IMG/VR virus record: IMGVR_UViG_3300050821_018287
Coordinates: 28,258-92,257 of that record
Direction: 5' to 3' (one strand)
DNA from: a virus
DNA length: 64,000 bases
This document shows positions 8,071-15,809 of this stretch, in pieces. How positions within the stretch are numbered: position 1 is the stretch's first letter; each line of letters starts with the position of its first letter. Both the position numbers and the translations under genes were made by a program. The notes under the pieces are model-generated. The model searched no databases, had not been told where the DNA came from, and worked only from the letters and a program-made list of their open reading frames with translations.

Positions 8071-8601
8071 TCAGTCGTCGTCGCCTTCATCTCCGCCGTC
8101 GCCGCCGCCCTCACCACCGTCACCACCCTTACCGCCGCCTTTGAACTTTCCGCCGAGCTGCTTGTAGGCGTAAGCCACCACCGCCACCGGATCATCCAGC
8201 TCGTCCCACTTCGGCTCGACGGCATTCTTGGCCTTGTGCCACTTGCCCTCGTCCTGCACGAAGTCGGGGGGCTCGTCGCCGTCCCCGTCGTAGTCCTGGA
8301 GGTGGTGCTCGATCTCCTTGTCCGCGGCGTTCTCCGCGTCCTCGGTGGCCTGGTCGAGATCTACGTGATGCTCGCCTCCATCGTCACCACCATCGTCTCC
8401 CCCGTGGGGCTTGCCTTTGCCCTTTCCTCCATCACCGTCTCCCTTGCCCCCGCCGTGCTTACCCCCGTGGCCGCCCTCACCCTCATCCCCGTCATCTCCC
8501 CCGTCGCCATCGTCACCACCGTCGTGGTCCTCGTCGCGCTCATCCTCGTCGTCCTTGTCGTGGTCGGCGAAAGCCTTCAGCTTCTTCGGATGGATGGCCA
8601 T
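8071..8601 (-). CDS. acidic Gly/Asp-rich protein with a ChaB-like helical module
   Basis: Low-complexity D/G/E tracts flank DEGKWHKAKNAV...AVVAYAYKQLGGK, which resembles ChaB-like domains. Confidence 0.55.
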   Translation of the reverse strand: MAIHPKKLKAFADHDKDDEDERDEDHDGGDDGDGGDDGDEGEGGHGGKHGGGKGDGDGGKGKGKPHGGDDGGDDGGEHHVDLDQATEDAENAADKEIEHHLQDYDGDGDEPPDFVQDEGKWHKAKNAVEPKWDELDDPVAVVAYAYKQLGGKFKGGGKGGDGGEGGGDGGDEGDDD

Positions 8602-8624
8602 TTCGGGGGAGTCCTTTCGCGGGC

Positions 8625-8653
8625 AACGTACAGGCGCGCGGAATCTGCGTCAA
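8625..8653 (-). promoter_or_regulatory. sigma70-like promoter candidate
   Basis: TTGACG-N17-TACGTT upstream of the 8601 gene. Confidence 0.45.
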
Positions 8654-9069
8654 TCTTCCAGCTCGTAGCGGCGATTCGCCTTCGACCAGATCTCCACGGC
8701 CGCGCGACAAGACGGATCCTTCAGCACCTTCGCCGCGTCCAGCTCGACGCTCGGGTTGTACGCCTTGAAGTCGTCGCCGTGCCCGATGCGGATGTGGCAC
8801 TCCAGCGGACCCATGCAAAGCGTGATGAGGTTCCTCGGGTCCAGCTCCAGCGCCGGGTCCAGATGGAACGGCTTCATGTGGTGGACGTTCAGCCGCGCGG
8901 ATCCGCCGCACGCCGCGCACGTGGGGTGCAACGCGCGAAAGGCGTGCTCGACGCCCGGCCACTTCGAGGAACGCGGGGGCTCCCCCGTCAGCTTCTGGGC
9001 GAGCTTCGAGCCGCGCTTTGCTTGCTCACGAAGGGTGGAATGCGCAACGCGGAGGAGGTGGGAAAGCAT
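8650..9069 (-). CDS. HNH endonuclease
   Basis: CAACG...LNVHHMKPF...ELDPRNLITLC...CHIRIGH. Confidence 0.85.
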   Translation of the reverse strand: MLSHLLRVAHSTLREQAKRGSKLAQKLTGEPPRSSKWPGVEHAFRALHPTCAACGGSARLNVHHMKPFHLDPALELDPRNLITLCMGPLECHIRIGHGDDFKAYNPSVELDAAKVLKDPSCRAAVEIWSKANRRYELED

Positions 9070-9082
9070 CGTCCGAATCCTA

Positions 9083-9733
9083 TCACAGCCCCGGGCATTC
9101 GTGCCCGATGCGATCTTGGAGACCTACCAGCGCCGGGTGGAAGTGGTGCTTCAGGGCTTCGTTGAACGCGCGAGCGCACCCCCACCCGTTCCGTCGACGC
9201 CACTTGAAGATCTCGTAGCCGGTCCGATCCTGCCCGTGGGAGCAATGAATTCCCACCCCCATCGAGCGGTAGAGGCTGATCAGCTCCTGAATCCGCTCGT
9301 CTTGAGCGGAGGACGGGCCCTGGACGTCCTGCTGCACGTCCTGAACGATGTTGGTCCCGTCGAAGGGTGGGATGGGGAGCTTGATGAGGGAGATCCCCGC
9401 CTCCACCGCCAGCTCGTCGCTCCCCTCGTCGTCGGAGTTGAGCTTGACGATGACGTGGACGTTGTAGTTGTCGTGGAGGTACTTCCACGGCTCCAGGCCC
9501 GCCTTCGGATCCGGCTGACCGAAGCGGACCACCGCCGGCTTCCCCGCGTCGCCCCACTCCACGACGTCGAGGTTGGGAACGCCGTGCACGTAGCGCATCG
9601 GGGAGCACGCGCCCAGAACCATCGCCAGTACCGCCACCCACCCCGTCAACCAGCGCGGGTGGAGATTGAACTCCGAGAAGATGCGCGCGTTTTCCAGCAT
9701 GCTCAGCCCCAGTCGTCGATCCTTCGCCGTCAT
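9083..9733 (-). CDS. putative lipoprotein of the PTP/dual-specificity phosphatase family
   Basis: HCSHGQDRTG is a CX5R active-site loop; VPNL..V...RFGQP N-terminal motif; hydrophobic stretch ending in the lipobox-like LGAC. Confidence 0.75.
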   Translation of the reverse strand: MTAKDRRLGLSMLENARIFSEFNLHPRWLTGWVAVLAMVLGACSPMRYVHGVPNLDVVEWGDAGKPAVVRFGQPDPKAGLEPWKYLHDNYNVHVIVKLNSDDEGSDELAVEAGISLIKLPIPPFDGTNIVQDVQQDVQGPSSAQDERIQELISLYRSMGVGIHCSHGQDRTGYEIFKWRRRNGWGCARAFNEALKHHFHPALVGLQDRIGHECPGL

Positions 9734-10143
9734 CGCAAAGCCTCCAGGATGAACTTGAACCGCTCGGTGTCGTTGGGGAGGTTCTGGAGCCACTGGCGCA
9801 CCGCCTCCGCGGACATCGGCGCCTTCTTCCACAGAGTCAGCTCGCAGTAGTTGGAGAGCTGCTCCAACGACGCCCGCGCCGGCTCTCCTGCCACCGCCAC
9901 ACCGATCGACGTGAGCGAGCCGGCCATCTGCCCGTCCGTCTCGACGATCGCCTTGTACGCGTAGCCGAGCGTGTCGAGGCCGGCCTTGAACTTCAGCATC
10001 CGCTCCTTCGTGCCGACGAGGATGGTCGCGCGCTCGTCCTCGGTGGGACGCACAAAGGGTGCCTCTCGCGCCGCGTGGGCGAGCTGGGCCAAGAGCTGAC
10101 CCCCGTTCAACTTGTCCCGGAGCACCGCAAAGAAAAACGTCAC
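9730..10143 (-). CDS. peptidyl-tRNA hydrolase type 2 (Pth2)-like protein
   Basis: GTG 10143. VLRDKLNGGQLLAQLAHAA and IVETDG..AGSLTSIGV resemble the Pth2 motifs (GKxAAQxxHA; xTxxGI). Confidence 0.55.
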   Translation of the reverse strand: MTFFFAVLRDKLNGGQLLAQLAHAAREAPFVRPTEDERATILVGTKERMLKFKAGLDTLGYAYKAIVETDGQMAGSLTSIGVAVAGEPARASLEQLSNYCELTLWKKAPMSAEAVRQWLQNLPNDTERFKFILEALR

Positions 10144-11231
10144 AGGTCCACCTGCCTCCCCCCGCGCATCTCCCAGGCGGGAACTCCCCACCCCGGGCGC
10201 CAAGGCGCGAGAATGGCCCTATCATTGGGCCGGTTCGGGGGAAAAAGCCACTGCTTCCCCCACATCTTCGTGTCCACGTCCGGATCCCTCGGCATCGTGA
10301 ACGAGACGCCCGCCGGGACCGCCTGACCGTGCATGGCGATGGAGTCGGCCCCCACCCGGTCGTCGAGCGGAGCGTAGGTGGCGTCGTCCACGTGCTCGCT
10401 CCAGCGCGTACGCAAGTCCTCCAGCTCCTTCGCCGCCTCCACGAAACTGTCGTGATGCGATGCGTTGAAGGCCCAGGCCGTTTCCGTCCTGACGATGCGC
10501 TCCCCTTGCCACCACTCCGCCGCGGCCACCTCGGGGATCCGCGCGATGGCCTCTTCGGTGGTCTCCCCCGCCACCAGGGAGAGCGTGAGCTGATCGTGCA
10601 CGTCCTCGAAGAGGCGCGTCCCCCACCGGGCCATCGACTTCCTGTGCATGTCGTCCAGCTCGGGCCGGCGCTTCTGGACGAGCGTCTGGAGCTTCACGGC
10701 CTCGTCGATTCGAAGGGGGACGGCGGCGCCGGTGAAGGTCTTCTCCAGCTTCCGCAAGTCCTTCGCGAAGGCTTCGATGGCTTCCGTCTGCGCCTCACGG
10801 GAGATGTCCCCCAGCTCTCCGGAAAGCTTCCGCGCGAGGAGCACCTGGCCCTGTTTGATCTGCGCGAGCGCCACCTGGCGCTGGTAGGCGGTGAACGAAT
10901 CCTTCATCCCGCTTCGCAGGACGGCGCGCAGCCGCGCCTCCACCTCGCGGTACGCCTCGTCGTAGACCTTCTTCATCCGAGCCACCCCGCGGCGGTCCAC
11001 GAGGCGATCCAACCGCGCGCGGTGCTCGTCCAGGACAGCTTCGTACGCTTTCGGCGCGTGGCCTTTGGCCGGCTTCAGCGCAGCCGCTGCCAGTTCGACG
11101 ATCTGCCCGAGCCCGCCGCCCTGCGCGGCGCGGGTCTCGTCGATCCACTTCTCAGCCGACTTGCGCGACGGGTGGTGGGAGGTGATCCACCCACCCGCCT
11201 TGTTCGCTACGCGCGCTTCGTACTTGTCCAC
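10140..11231 (-). CDS. head morphogenesis protein (Mu gpF / SPP1 gp7 family)
   Basis: ERIVRTETAWAFN, DDRVGADSIAMHGQ and PPNRPNDRA motifs. Confidence 0.85.
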   Translation of the reverse strand: MDKYEARVANKAGGWITSHHPSRKSAEKWIDETRAAQGGGLGQIVELAAAALKPAKGHAPKAYEAVLDEHRARLDRLVDRRGVARMKKVYDEAYREVEARLRAVLRSGMKDSFTAYQRQVALAQIKQGQVLLARKLSGELGDISREAQTEAIEAFAKDLRKLEKTFTGAAVPLRIDEAVKLQTLVQKRRPELDDMHRKSMARWGTRLFEDVHDQLTLSLVAGETTEEAIARIPEVAAAEWWQGERIVRTETAWAFNASHHDSFVEAAKELEDLRTRWSEHVDDATYAPLDDRVGADSIAMHGQAVPAGVSFTMPRDPDVDTKMWGKQWLFPPNRPNDRAILAPWRPGWGVPAWEMRGGRQVDL

Positions 11232-11254
11232 GGCGGGCGACGGGGCGAGGCCAA

Positions 11255-11713
11255 CTACTCCTCGTCTTCGTCCTCACCCTCGTCGCCGCCCTCCTCGGAG
11301 CCTTCCTCCGAGTCTGGTTTGGTTTCCTCTTCCTCGTCACCCTCGCCGTCGAGGTCGCTGAACGCTTCCCACTCGTCCGGCGGAGTCGCTTCGCCGTCCT
11401 TCGGATCGAAGAGGTTGCAGCACCCCTTCTTCTCCGAGACGTAGGACTGGACCGCGGTGTTGGCGCAGTAGGCGCCCTCGATGAGGAAGCGGCAGTTGCC
11501 GCAGGAGAAGCCTTTCCCCTTCGCGCTCTCGATCTCCATGTACCCCACGTGGGGCTCCTGGAGCCGGTGCTGCATCGCCTCGCGCGAGAGGTTGTCGGGC
11601 ATGTCCAGCCCGGCGTCGCCCGCCGAACCTTCACCCTGCTCCGCGGGAGCGTCGAAGGCTTCCTGGCCCTCGCTCTCCGCGAAGTTTTGCAGCGCCAAAG
11701 GATTCAGTCCCAT
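11255..11713 (-). CDS. acidic protein with a Cys cluster (HiPIP-like spacing)
   Basis: CGNCRF...YC...GCCNLF followed by a long Glu/Asp tail. Confidence 0.6.
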   Translation of the reverse strand: MGLNPLALQNFAESEGQEAFDAPAEQGEGSAGDAGLDMPDNLSREAMQHRLQEPHVGYMEIESAKGKGFSCGNCRFLIEGAYCANTAVQSYVSEKKGCCNLFDPKDGEATPPDEWEAFSDLDGEGDEEEETKPDSEEGSEEGGDEGEDEDEE

Positions 11714-11725
11714 GCTGCCTCCGGC

Positions 11726-12568
11726 TTACGGGAAGTTGATGACGTCCCAGTCCACGGTCGAGGTGTCCGCGCCGGAGGAGCTGGTGATGATGAAGGAGCC
11801 GTTGCCCGAGCCGGGGGTGCGCGACGCAGCCGCGGCCTTCAGGTTGCCCTGGGTGCCTCCCACCGTGTTGGTGGTGAGGCCGATCACCGCGCCGGCCGCG
11901 AGCCACTGGTTGCTGATGGTGATGGACCCCGCGGTCATCGCCGCCGACGTCCCCTTCACCGCCGCCGGCATGAAGGCCATCGACGTGGTGCCGATCACCA
12001 TCGCGCCGTTGGTGGTGATGACCCAACGGCTCTTGTTCCAGAGAGTGCCTTCCGAAACGCGGATCTCGCTGGCACCGTGGATGAAACCGGTGGCCCAGTC
12101 GATCGCGCGCTGGAGCTGCCACGGAGTGGAAGCGGAGCCGAGCGAGAGGACGTTGTAGACGCCGTTGTCCACGCCCGCCGCGCCGACCGCGAGGAGGACA
12201 CGATCCCCCACCGCCAACGTCACGCCGTCCTGCGCCGCCAGGGCGCCGTTCGCGTTCGCCGTCAGCAACCCCAGCACCCCCAACAGGCCGTTGTTGGTGT
12301 AGGCGGGGAGGGCGGTGGCGATGGCCGCGCGGACGCCGAGCGCCGTGCTCGCCGCGCCGCCCGCCACCGGGAAGATGACTCCGGGCTCGAAGTCGGGGAC
12401 CTGGCTCAGCTCCAGGAAAGTCGAGGGCGGGTTGCCCAGGGCCGCCTGAACGTTCGCGAGCAAGTCCTGGACGATGACGCTGCCACCCGGCTGAAGGGTC
12501 GGGTTGGGGCCGTAGATGTCGGGGATGCCAACGGGGAAGCCAGTGTGGTTGCGGACGAGCACGGCCAT
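11726..12568 (-). CDS. virion fibre/decoration protein
   Basis: DGVTLAVGDRVLL....DNGVYNV...WQLQRAIDW, a motif common in phage head/tail fibre domains. Confidence 0.65.
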   Translation of the reverse strand: MAVLVRNHTGFPVGIPDIYGPNPTLQPGGSVIVQDLLANVQAALGNPPSTFLELSQVPDFEPGVIFPVAGGAASTALGVRAAIATALPAYTNNGLLGVLGLLTANANGALAAQDGVTLAVGDRVLLAVGAAGVDNGVYNVLSLGSASTPWQLQRAIDWATGFIHGASEIRVSEGTLWNKSRWVITTNGAMVIGTTSMAFMPAAVKGTSAAMTAGSITISNQWLAAGAVIGLTTNTVGGTQGNLKAAAASRTPGSGNGSFIITSSSGADTSTVDWDVINFP

Positions 12569-12598
12569 GAGTTTGGTCTCCGGGAGAGGGTGCGAGCT

Positions 12599-13021
12599 TC
12601 AGCGCTGATCCGACTGCTTATCACCTTCGGGCTTGACTTGGGAAGAGTCATCCCCATCCTCGCGCGCCTCTTCGTGGATGTCGTCGTGGCACTTGTCGCA
12701 GATGACGGCGATGTTGTTGGGGTCGTTGGAGTGGCCCTTCTTGGAGAGCCACTTCGACTTCACGATCCCGCCCTTGTGGTGGAGGGAGAGGTTTTCCCGC
12801 AGGCCGCAGCGCTTGCACCGGTACTCGTCCCGCCGGAACACCCCCAGGACGAGCGACGAGGGCAGCCCACCCTTCCCCTCGTTCGCCAGCGTCGCGCCGT
12901 GCTCCTCCGCCTCCGCGAGGAGCTTCTTGTACGCGCGCTGCTCCCCCGGGCCGTCTTCCTTCTCCTTCTTCTTCTCGGGCTTCTCGGTGGACTTCATCCA
13001 CCGGTGGGTCAGCTCGCTCAC
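12599..13021 (-). CDS. HNH-domain protein
   Basis: VFRRDEYRCKRCG...LHH...NDPNNIAVICDKCHDDIH. Confidence 0.8.
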   Translation of the reverse strand: MSELTHRWMKSTEKPEKKKEKEDGPGEQRAYKKLLAEAEEHGATLANEGKGGLPSSLVLGVFRRDEYRCKRCGLRENLSLHHKGGIVKSKWLSKKGHSNDPNNIAVICDKCHDDIHEEAREDGDDSSQVKPEGDKQSDQR

Positions 13022-13401
13022 GTACCCACCTTGTCCTGCGTCCCGTCCCAGACGAATTCCCCCTCAGCTCCGACGGGGAAATGGGCGTGGCACCCGACAC
13101 AGAAGGTGGAGCCGTAAAACTGCGGATTTCGGGCGTACGTCTCGGCGATGGCCTGTCCCATCCGCGTCACCACCCCGCACTTCGTGTGGATGTAGCTGTT
13201 GCGCACGGGACGGACGAAACCCTTCGCGCGCTCCTCCTCGGAGAGGATGTAGTACGCCTCGTGCTGTCCGTCCGGGCGCGCGGGCGCGGGCACGCCCTTG
13301 TCCTCGAAGCCGGGGCGCGGAGGGAGCCCGTCCGTCGTCGCCCGACCGACGAGCCGCTGTCTCGCGTCTTCCGCCTTCCGTTTCGCGTCGTCTTCCACCA
13401 T
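13018..13401 (-). CDS. hypothetical Zn-binding phage protein
   Basis: GGAGG then ATG 13401; HTKC...FCVGC. Confidence 0.65.
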   Translation of the reverse strand: MVEDDAKRKAEDARQRLVGRATTDGLPPRPGFEDKGVPAPARPDGQHEAYYILSEEERAKGFVRPVRNSYIHTKCGVVTRMGQAIAETYARNPQFYGSTFCVGCHAHFPVGAEGEFVWDGTQDKVGT

Positions 13402-13421
13402 CCGCCTCCAGCGCTCGCGGC

Positions 13422-13826
13422 TCACGCGAGTTGTGAATTGATGGGCACTTGCGACACGGGACTCATCTTCGGGGGCCCGCGATCGATGTCGACGAGAACC
13501 CAACTCGGTCCTTTCGCCGCCTGCTTTTCGGCGGTCACCTTGCACCGGTCGCAGGCGTAGATGTTGGAGATCAACAGCATCTCCCCGTTGACGGTTTTCA
13601 CCGTCGGGAGGAAGGGCCCATTGGGGTTCATCGCCATCAGCCGCGCCACCAGGCCCGGGTTCCTCTTCACCATCTCGTCGACCGGAGCGAAAGTCTTGAT
13701 GCGGATGGCCGGGGGGCCTCCGCACCCGAGACACTTCCCGCCCGCGAAGGCAAGGCGCCGGTGCATCTCTTCGGGCGTCTCCTTCCCGTCAGCGAATTTC
13801 TTGATGTGGTGGACTTTCTGTTTCAC
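13422..13826 (-). CDS. hypothetical Zn-finger protein
   Basis: GTG 13826; CLGC...ACDRC. Confidence 0.6.
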   Translation of the reverse strand: MKQKVHHIKKFADGKETPEEMHRRLAFAGGKCLGCGGPPAIRIKTFAPVDEMVKRNPGLVARLMAMNPNGPFLPTVKTVNGEMLLISNIYACDRCKVTAEKQAAKGPSWVLVDIDRGPPKMSPVSQVPINSQLA

Positions 13827-14284
13827 GCGCTGCCCCCTGTCGCCCCTAGGTATACCCGCTCGCCGAAAGCCCGTCCAATCTCCTCCCAGTTCATCGCCGT
13901 CGGGCCGCTTCCGCAGCGCAGCGCCTTGTCGTCGATGAAGAGATCCAGGCCGCTCTTGTCTGCCGTAACGGCGGAGAAAACGCCCGGCACCTCCCGGTGT
14001 ACGAAGTCGAGCATCTGGAGATAGCGGATGATGTGAAGCTCGTACTCGTCGTCCTCCGGGTACCAGGGCTCGAAGTCGTCGCGCAGGGTGAGGGTGTAGG
14101 TGTTCTCCCCGGTGAGGAGCCGCTTCGAGGCGCGGGAGCTGAAGAGGACGAGCACGTGTCCCGCGGCGGCGAGCGACAGGAGGCCGTCCTTGGCGTCGGG
14201 GAGCCACTCCAGCGGAGTCGTCACGTCCTCGTAGGCCGTGTCCTGCCTGACGAGCGTCTTGTCGAAATCAACCCCGATCCGCAT
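13823..14284 (-). CDS. HAD-superfamily phosphatase-like protein
   Basis: IGVDFDKTL (motif I), LFSSR (motif II), DLFIDDK (motif IV). Confidence 0.75.
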   Translation of the reverse strand: MRIGVDFDKTLVRQDTAYEDVTTPLEWLPDAKDGLLSLAAAGHVLVLFSSRASKRLLTGENTYTLTLRDDFEPWYPEDDEYELHIIRYLQMLDFVHREVPGVFSAVTADKSGLDLFIDDKALRCGSGPTAMNWEEIGRAFGERVYLGATGGSA

Positions 14285-14441
14285 TCGCCTTTTCCATCCG
14301 CTCCAGCTCGTGCCTCAGCCACTTCGAAACCGTCTCGGGATCCTTCCCCGTCTTCTCCTCCAGCGTCTTCAACGTCCGGTGCAGGGTACGAATGAGCGCG
14401 CCCCGGAGCCCGTAGAGCTGGACGAGCGATTCACCTTCCAC
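14268..14441 (-). CDS. small hypothetical protein
   Basis: Hand-read 57-aa ORF (VEGESLVQLYGLRG...ANADRG) that fills the gap between its neighbours. Confidence 0.4.
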   Translation of the reverse strand: MEGESLVQLYGLRGALIRTLHRTLKTLEEKTGKDPETVSKWLRHELERMEKANADRG

Positions 14442-14445
14442 CGAG

Positions 14446-14820
14446 CTACTGCCTCCGAACGATGGCCTTCACCCTCCACTTTACTTGAACCGTCGGAAAG
14501 CCGGGACTCGCGGTGTGGGCGGAGAGGCGCCAGTAGCTGGCGAGCGGATTGGGCCCAATCTCGAAGGAGCACTGGGAGAGCGGCGGCGCGGTGGCTGTCT
14601 GGGTCTTCCCAGTCACCGGATCCGAGTCGGGCGAAACCCCGTCCTCGCTCCGGTCCAGGATGACCGTCAGGGGATTCGCCGCGTCGAGGTTGACCACCGC
14701 AAAGAGGAGCCCGCCGGTGTGCGGCCAGCTCGTGAAAGGGAGGAGCGCCGTCAACACCGACACGCTCACCGGCGCGGAGAAGTCGATGAGGATGTCGGTG
14801 TCGCTGTAGGGGAGCGTCAC
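14446..14820 (-). CDS. hypothetical beta-rich, possibly virion, protein
   Basis: GTGA-coupled start at 14820. Confidence 0.55.
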   Translation of the reverse strand: MTLPYSDTDILIDFSAPVSVSVLTALLPFTSWPHTGGLLFAVVNLDAANPLTVILDRSEDGVSPDSDPVTGKTQTATAPPLSQCSFEIGPNPLASYWRLSAHTASPGFPTVQVKWRVKAIVRRQ

Positions 14821-15053
14821 GCGAGGAGCTTCCTCATCATCTCCCGGAAGCCCCAAGGCTCGGGCCGGTGGGCCTGGAAGAGGGCGCGCTGGACGCGCTG
14901 GAAGATGGCGGTGCGCCGCTGGTCCATGTCGTAGCGGCGCGGACGGAAGCCTTTGCTGGTGGGCTTCTCGTCGAGGAGGGCCAGCTCATGGCGGATCTGC
15001 TCCTGGGCCTGCCGCAGGACAATCCCCAGGAGCGGCTTTCGGATGAAGATCAC
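14817..15053 (-). CDS. hypothetical protein
   Basis: GTGA-coupled at both ends. Confidence 0.45.
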   Translation of the reverse strand: MIFIRKPLLGIVLRQAQEQIRHELALLDEKPTSKGFRPRRYDMDQRRTAIFQRVQRALFQAHRPEPWGFREMMRKLLA

Positions 15054-15325
15054 GGGGTGACTGTCGTCACCTTGAACTTCATTCCGGCGATGTCGCTCTT
15101 GAAATCCGTCTCCATGTACACACCGGTCACGACGCAGTACACCCACCCGTTGCCGGTGTTGAAGGCGAAGTTGACCACCGCACCGAGCAACACCTGATAG
15201 AGGACGGTGATTGCGCCTCCGGCCGCGGTGAAGATTGCCTCCGCCTCCGCCTTGGAGGTGGTGATGGTGCTGGCGTGGACCGAAAGCGAGAACAGCAACG
15301 CTGCAAGCAGGAAAAACCGTTTCAT
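15050..15325 (-). CDS. small exported protein with a Sec signal peptide
   Basis: MKRFFLLAALLFSLSVHA-S; GGAGG RBS. Confidence 0.7.
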   Translation of the reverse strand: MKRFFLLAALLFSLSVHASTITTSKAEAEAIFTAAGGAITVLYQVLLGAVVNFAFNTGNGWVYCVVTGVYMETDFKSDIAGMKFKVTTVTP

Positions 15326-15339
15326 TGAGAACCTCCAGT

Positions 15340-15798
15340 TTACGGCGCGCAGTAGTAGCAGGCGGAGAGGTTGAAGGAGACGGAGGCGATCGCCGCGTTG
15401 CTCACGATCGTCGTCGCCAGGGCGTTGCTCACGGCCTTGATTGGGGTGGCCGGGATGCGCGAGTTGTTGGCGATGATTCCGGCGGTCGCGGTGACGGCCG
15501 ACTGGAGCGCGAGCCCGTTCAGGTTGGTGGTGGTGGTGGTCGCGAGCCCCGCGGTCGGCGCGGCGGAGGTGGCCACGTCGGACCAGATCCCCGTGATGTA
15601 GGCGTACTGGCCGCCGGGGCAGATTGGGATGGTGATGGTCTGCTGGGTGGTGCCCTGCGCGTTGAGGCAGATCGCCGCGTCGTTGCGCGTGGACGACTGC
15701 GCCACGAGAGTCGCGCCCGGAGGGAGGATGTCGCCACGCGCGAGCATCGGCAGAGCGAGGAGGGAGATGAGGATCGCGTAACGCTTCCAGTTCTTCAT
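15340..15798 (-). CDS. exported protein with a Sec signal peptide, fibre-tip-like
   Basis: MKNWKRYAILISLLALPMLARG-D; Thr/Ala-rich with 4 Cys; AAGGAG RBS. Confidence 0.7.
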   Translation of the reverse strand: MKNWKRYAILISLLALPMLARGDILPPGATLVAQSSTRNDAAICLNAQGTTQQTITIPICPGGQYAYITGIWSDVATSAAPTAGLATTTTTNLNGLALQSAVTATAGIIANNSRIPATPIKAVSNALATTIVSNAAIASVSFNLSACYYCAP

Positions 15799-15809
15799 GT
15801 GCTTCTCCT

